This document shows, in pieces, positions 58,170-64,000 of a DNA stretch of 64,000 nt. Below the pieces are notes generated by a model. It saw only the letters and a program-made list of their open reading frames with translations, had not been told where the DNA came from and ran no database searches. The stretch's first letter is position 1. The number at the start of each line of letters is the position of its first letter. The stretch lies in contig CAXXET010000006.1 in NCBI GenBank assembly GCA_963666115.2, forward strand, positions 96,001-160,000, given 5' to 3'. Origin of the DNA: Dehalococcoidia bacterium. Its GTDB lineage: Bacteria > Chloroflexota > Dehalococcoidia > UBA6926. The position numbers and the translations under genes were made by a program.

Positions 58170-58811
58170 CTAGGCGCCAGTGACCCACACATAAATACTG
58201 GATGCTAACAGCGTAGGCGCCAATATGCTCCATAGCAGAGCCCCCATGAATGGCCAAAAATGCCGTCGAGGCAATGCCGTCACTCTTCCTGGCAGATAAA
58301 TGTCATTCCACTCCCTGGGGCCGGACACCCATCGTCTTGCATTATTCCACATAACAAACTCTATTAGGACGGCGACTCCACCGAACAATGCAAAAAATAG
58401 TGAAAGGGCCATCATATCACCGCGGTCTGCATAACTGGAAAGGATGATCGTGACCGCAACAAAAATCCCATAGGATACAGTGAAGAGAGCCAATGGACAT
58501 ATGAACCACACGATGATAATCAATCCATATGATATCTCGGTTAGACGATTGCTTGAACGCCACCCTAGGAAATTGGCTATGAGGAAACACCATGGTAGAA
58601 AAAGGGCAATTGACGCAGCAGTGCCGCCTCCAAATGCCTTGAAGACAGGCATACCCTCCCTGTGAGCCAGCCATGCAGTGATTGCGCCCGCTGCGGGAGA
58701 CCAGATCATCCCAACTACCGCCAGGATAAGGATTGGTGAAAGGAGGAGTAGAGGCACCATGAAAAACCTTAGGAGATCAAGCAGCATCACTTTGCTCCAC
58801 AATCTGGACAA
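58170..58811 (-). CDS. Hypothetical multi-pass membrane protein, low GC; start uncertain
   Basis: 5-6 hydrophobic segments. A short upstream hydrophobic ORF in another frame may be its frameshifted N-terminus. Confidence 0.6.
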   Translation of the reverse strand: MSRLWSKVMLLDLLRFFMVPLLLLSPILILAVVGMIWSPAAGAITAWLAHREGMPVFKAFGGGTAASIALFLPWCFLIANFLGWRSSNRLTEISYGLIIIVWFICPLALFTVSYGIFVAVTIILSSYADRGDMMALSLFFALFGGVAVLIEFVMWNNARRWVSGPREWNDIYLPGRVTALPRRHFWPFMGALLWSILAPTLLASSIYVWVTGA

Positions 58812-59020
58812 GGCAGGCGATTAAGCCGAACAACGCGAGAATTGCCACAACCCACGCCGCTTTCCCAGGGAAAGCCGTCAGCGCTCTCCGACGTCCGCCG
58901 CGTTCTCGCATCACATCCTGGGACGACCTGATCGGTGACTCCCTCGTCCCCTATGCCGACACTTGTACCCCTCCCTCCGCAGTTCTGTCAAGCACCCACC
59001 CCCCCCTCACCCCGCCACCC

Positions 59021-59074
59021 CCCGTTCACCCTGACACCCCCCCCCGTTCACCCTGAGCCTGTCGAAGGGTGAAC
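59021..59074 (+). repeat. Half C and full C repeat
   Basis: CCCGTTCACCCTGA-CACCCCCCC-CCGTTCACCCTGAGCCTGTCGAAGGGTGAAC. Confidence 0.88.
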
Positions 59075-59096
59075 CCCCACCCCCTATACTGAACCC

Positions 59097-60866
59097 ATGA
59101 CTACCACCGCGCATGGCCGCCCCTTCCGCGTCGCCCTCGCCCAAATCAACCCCACCGTCGGCGACATCGAAGGCAACACACGCCTCATCATCGACCACAT
59201 CCAACGCGCCCAGGACGCCCAGGCGGACCTCGTCGCCTTCCCGGAGCTCTGCGTCACCGGCTACCCCCCCGAAGACCTCCTCTACAAAGACTCCTTCCTC
59301 CAAGCCGCCGACGATGCCCTCCAGCAGATCATCCACGCCTCCCACAACATCACCGCCATCGTCGGCTACCCCACCCCCACCACCCCCCCGTACAACGCCG
59401 CCGCCGTCATCCACAACGGCCAACTCATCGACGTCTACCGCAAAATCTTCCTCCCCAACTACAGCGTCTTCGACGAAGAGCGCTACTTCGCCCCCGGTGA
59501 CACCTCCCCCGTCTACCACATCGGCCCCGCCCGCATCGGCGTCAACGTCTGCGAAGACATCTGGTTCGACAACGGCCCCACCAACGTCCAAAAGGCCGCC
59601 GGCGCCCAGGCCGTCATCAACATCAACGGCTCCCCCTACTACCGCGGCAAACGCGCCCTCCGCCAGGACATGCTCACCCGCCGCGCCGCCCACAACGGCG
59701 TCTTCCTCTGCTACGTCAACATGGTCGGCGGACAGGACGAACTCGTCTTCGACGGCGCGAGCATGATCCTCGACCCGCGCGGCAGCGTCCTCGCCGCAGG
59801 CAAACAATTCGACGACGACTTCATCATCGCAGACCTCCCCCTCGCCCAAGCCGACGAAGTGCCCCAAACCGCCGTAATCGACCCTAAAGACCCCTTAAAC
59901 GCCGCTTTTAAGGATTACAATGTGATTTTTGTCACCGCCATAGAAGGGAGGGCAGACCGCGATTCCCTATCTGAAACGCAGCACGCTGCCCCAATGGACC
60001 CCCTCGAAGAGGTCTATAACGCTTTGGTCAAGGGAACGCAAGATTATGTTCGAAAAAGCGGCTTCTCCCAGGCCATAATCGGCCTCTCCGGCGGCATCGA
60101 TTCCGCCCTCACCGCAGCCGTCGCAGCCGATGCCCTCGGCCCCGAAAACGTCCTCTGCGTATCCATGCCATCCCAATACACCGCAGATAGGAGCGTCACG
60201 GATGCCCGCGCCCTCTGCGACAACTTTGGCATCCCCTTTGAAATCATCCCCATCGAGGACATGGCCGCCGCCTACCGCGATGGCCTCCGGTCCCTATTCG
60301 CAGGCACGCAGGAAGGCGTCGCCGAAGAAAACCTCCAGGCCCGCGCCCGCGGCAACATCCTCATGGCAATCTCCAACAAGTTCGGCCGCATCGTCCTCGC
60401 AACCGGAAACAAGAGCGAATACGCCACCGGCTACGCCACCCTCTACGGCGATATGGCAGGCGGATTCGCCGTCATCAAGGACGTCCCAAAGACCCTCGTC
60501 TACGAACTCGCCAACTGGCGCAATGAGCAGGCCGGGCGCGACATCATCCCGCAGGAAATCATCGACCGCCCCCCCACCGCCGAACTCCGCGAAAACCAGC
60601 TCGACGAAGACTCCCTCCCGCCCTACGACGTGCTTGACCCCATCCTGGAAGCCTACGTGGAGCGCGATGTCTCCCCAAAGGACATGATCGAAAAACTCGG
60701 CTTTGACAAAGACGCCGTCCAACGAGTCACCAGACTCGTTGACATAAGCGAATACAAACGCCGCCAGGCCGCCCCCGGCGTCAAGATAACCGAACGCGCC
60801 TTCGGCAAAGACCGCCGCCTCCCAATAGTAAACCAATTCAAACCGGATAGGGAAAATCTGCAATGA
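59097..60866 (+). CDS. nadE: Glutamine-dependent NAD+ synthetase
   Basis: Nitrilase domain (FPEL, LPNY.VFDE.RYF, CEDIW), GLSGGIDSAL and TGNKSE.ATGY.TLYGD. Confidence 0.97.
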   Translation: MTTTAHGRPFRVALAQINPTVGDIEGNTRLIIDHIQRAQDAQADLVAFPELCVTGYPPEDLLYKDSFLQAADDALQQIIHASHNITAIVGYPTPTTPPYNAAAVIHNGQLIDVYRKIFLPNYSVFDEERYFAPGDTSPVYHIGPARIGVNVCEDIWFDNGPTNVQKAAGAQAVININGSPYYRGKRALRQDMLTRRAAHNGVFLCYVNMVGGQDELVFDGASMILDPRGSVLAAGKQFDDDFIIADLPLAQADEVPQTAVIDPKDPLNAAFKDYNVIFVTAIEGRADRDSLSETQHAAPMDPLEEVYNALVKGTQDYVRKSGFSQAIIGLSGGIDSALTAAVAADALGPENVLCVSMPSQYTADRSVTDARALCDNFGIPFEIIPIEDMAAAYRDGLRSLFAGTQEGVAEENLQARARGNILMAISNKFGRIVLATGNKSEYATGYATLYGDMAGGFAVIKDVPKTLVYELANWRNEQAGRDIIPQEIIDRPPTAELRENQLDEDSLPPYDVLDPILEAYVERDVSPKDMIEKLGFDKDAVQRVTRLVDISEYKRRQAAPGVKITERAFGKDRRLPIVNQFKPDRENLQ

Positions 60867-62044
60867 CCATCTACCTGGATCATGCCGCCACGACCGCTGT
60901 TGATCCCCGCGTTATGGATGTTATGTTACCTTATTTCACCGGCCAGTACGGGAACCCCTCCAGCATCTATGGGCTCGGGCAGGACGCCGCCCGTGCTATC
61001 GACTCTGCCCGTGACCAGGTCGCCGGTGTCCTGAACGCCCGCAACGGCGACATCATCTTCACCGGCGGCGGCACCGATTCCGACAACATGGCCATCCGCG
61101 GCGCCGCATACGCCCTCCGCCGGCACGGCAGCCACGTCATCACCTCCGCCAGCGAGCACCACGCCGTCATTCATACCTGTGAGTGGCTTGAGAACAACGC
61201 CGGATTCTCCGTGACTTATCTGAAACCCGATGGCGAGGGCGTCATATCAGCCGAGCGGGTCGCCGAGGCCATCACGCCTGAAACCACCGTCGTCACCATC
61301 ATGTACGTCAACAACGAAACAGGCACCATCCAGCCCATCCCCGAAATCGCCGCCGCAATCCGCGCCGCAGAAGAAAAACACCGCCATCGCATCGTCTTTC
61401 ATACGGACGCCGTGCAGGGAGCGGGCTACCTGAGCCTCGATGTACAGGAGCTTGGCGTCGATATGCTGAGCCTCTCCGCCCACAAGTTCCACGGCCCCAA
61501 GGGCGTCGGCGTGCTCTTCCTGGACCGTGATGCGCCGTTCCAACCGCAGACCATGGGCGGCAGCCAGGAACGGAATCGACGCGCCGGCACGGAAAACACC
61601 CCCGGCATCGTTGGAACCGGCCTTGCCCTCGAGCTGGCTGAAAGCGACCGCGGCGAGACGATCCCGAACATCGCCCAGCTCGCCTCCCGCCTCGGCAACG
61701 GCATCCTTTCCACAATCCCCGATGCTCACCTCAACGGCCCTCCGCTCGGCGACCCGCGCCGCCTGCCCAACAACGTCAACATCTCCTTCAAGAACATTGA
61801 AATCGAATCCGTCCTGATCAACCTTGACATAATGGGAATCGCCGCCTCATCCGGCAGCGCCTGCACGTCCGGCTCCATCGACCCCTCGCACGTCCTCATC
61901 GCGATGGGCAAGCCGCTTGAACTGGCGCGCAATAGCCTGCGCCTCACGCTTGGACGTGACAATACCGGCGCGGACATCGACCGCGTCCTTGACGTTCTGC
62001 CGGAGACCGTCCGGCGCGTTCGCTCACTGGACAGGAGCCGTTAG
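60863..62044 (+). CDS. iscS: Cysteine desulfurase (IscS/NifS group)
   Basis: IYLDHAATT, SAHKFHGPKGVG and SSGSACTSG. Confidence 0.93.
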   Translation: MTIYLDHAATTAVDPRVMDVMLPYFTGQYGNPSSIYGLGQDAARAIDSARDQVAGVLNARNGDIIFTGGGTDSDNMAIRGAAYALRRHGSHVITSASEHHAVIHTCEWLENNAGFSVTYLKPDGEGVISAERVAEAITPETTVVTIMYVNNETGTIQPIPEIAAAIRAAEEKHRHRIVFHTDAVQGAGYLSLDVQELGVDMLSLSAHKFHGPKGVGVLFLDRDAPFQPQTMGGSQERNRRAGTENTPGIVGTGLALELAESDRGETIPNIAQLASRLGNGILSTIPDAHLNGPPLGDPRRLPNNVNISFKNIEIESVLINLDIMGIAASSGSACTSGSIDPSHVLIAMGKPLELARNSLRLTLGRDNTGADIDRVLDVLPETVRRVRSLDRSR

Positions 62045-62111
62045 ACCGTAGGTCGGCGAGAATCCCCTTGCGCCCCCCAGTGGAGGGGTGCGCGTCAGCG
62101 CCGCGATGGTA

Positions 62112-63617
<1,506 letters not shown>

Positions 63618-63632
63618 ATTTCCTCCTCCGTT

Positions 63633-63998
63633 CTATATGTTGCGGGTGTTCCTGTTCCAGGCGCCGTACTGCACGGCGCGGAGCTGTTCAAGGCGTTCGG
63701 TAAACTGCGCTCTCATCTCATCGGTGATGGCGCGAAGCGCGTCGGCCTCCTCGCCGTCTTCTTCGGCAAGCGATGCCACGGCCTCCGCCGCCTCAAGCTC
63801 ATCCTTCTTGAGTTGGCGCTCCCACATGCGGCGCACCAGATCGCTCAGCGCCTTGCCCTGCGCCCGCCGATCAAGCTGCACAGGAATGGCGGCGCGAAGC
63901 TCGTCCGCGTCCGGGCTGACGAGGATTTCGGCGCGCGTCACCGCATCGGCGGTGGTCAGCAGCTGCCACATGTCGCGGCGCTGCGGGTCCCAGAAGAA
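63633..63998 (-). CDS. 3' end of a gene upstream of rpoD, probably the DNA primase C-terminal domain
   Basis: Frame open to the window edge; helical sequence; dnaG-rpoD synteny (inferred). Confidence 0.55.
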   Translation of the reverse strand, partial: FFWDPQRRDMWQLLTTADAVTRAEILVSPDADELRAAIPVQLDRRAQGKALSDLVRRMWERQLKKDELEAAEAVASLAEEDGEEADALRAITDEMRAQFTERLEQLRAVQYGAWNRNTRNI

Positions 63999-64000
63999 AT

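Overview
High-GC bacterial chromosomal segment. Gene content and style suggest Chloroflexota (Dehalococcoidia/SAR202-like, possibly host- or sponge-associated); this is inference only. Housekeeping genes are archaeal-type ppcA (partial), pyrG, rho, meaB, a split NDP-forming acyl-CoA synthetase, pstS-arsC-pstCAB-B-phoU, polA, tRNA-Sec, trxBA, coxMS-like, nadE, iscS, rpoD and the dnaG 3' end. Between them lie small accessory modules: several toxin-antitoxin loci, a BsuBI/PstI-type R-M pair, a low-GC SNF2/RapA-like helicase, a ~1280-aa S-layer-like protein with a ~385-nt structured leader, five tandem family-5 ABC solute-binding lipoproteins without permeases, and large repeat lipoproteins. The most unusual signal is non-genic. 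About 30 short palindromic REP-like repeats of five families are all oriented the same way on the + strand. Many are preceded by an aborted 5' half-copy plus a C-rich linker, and some are translated inside proteins. They are surrounded by DNA strongly depleted of G on the + strand regardless of gene direction. No CRISPR array, rRNA, transposase, integrase or reverse transcriptase was found.
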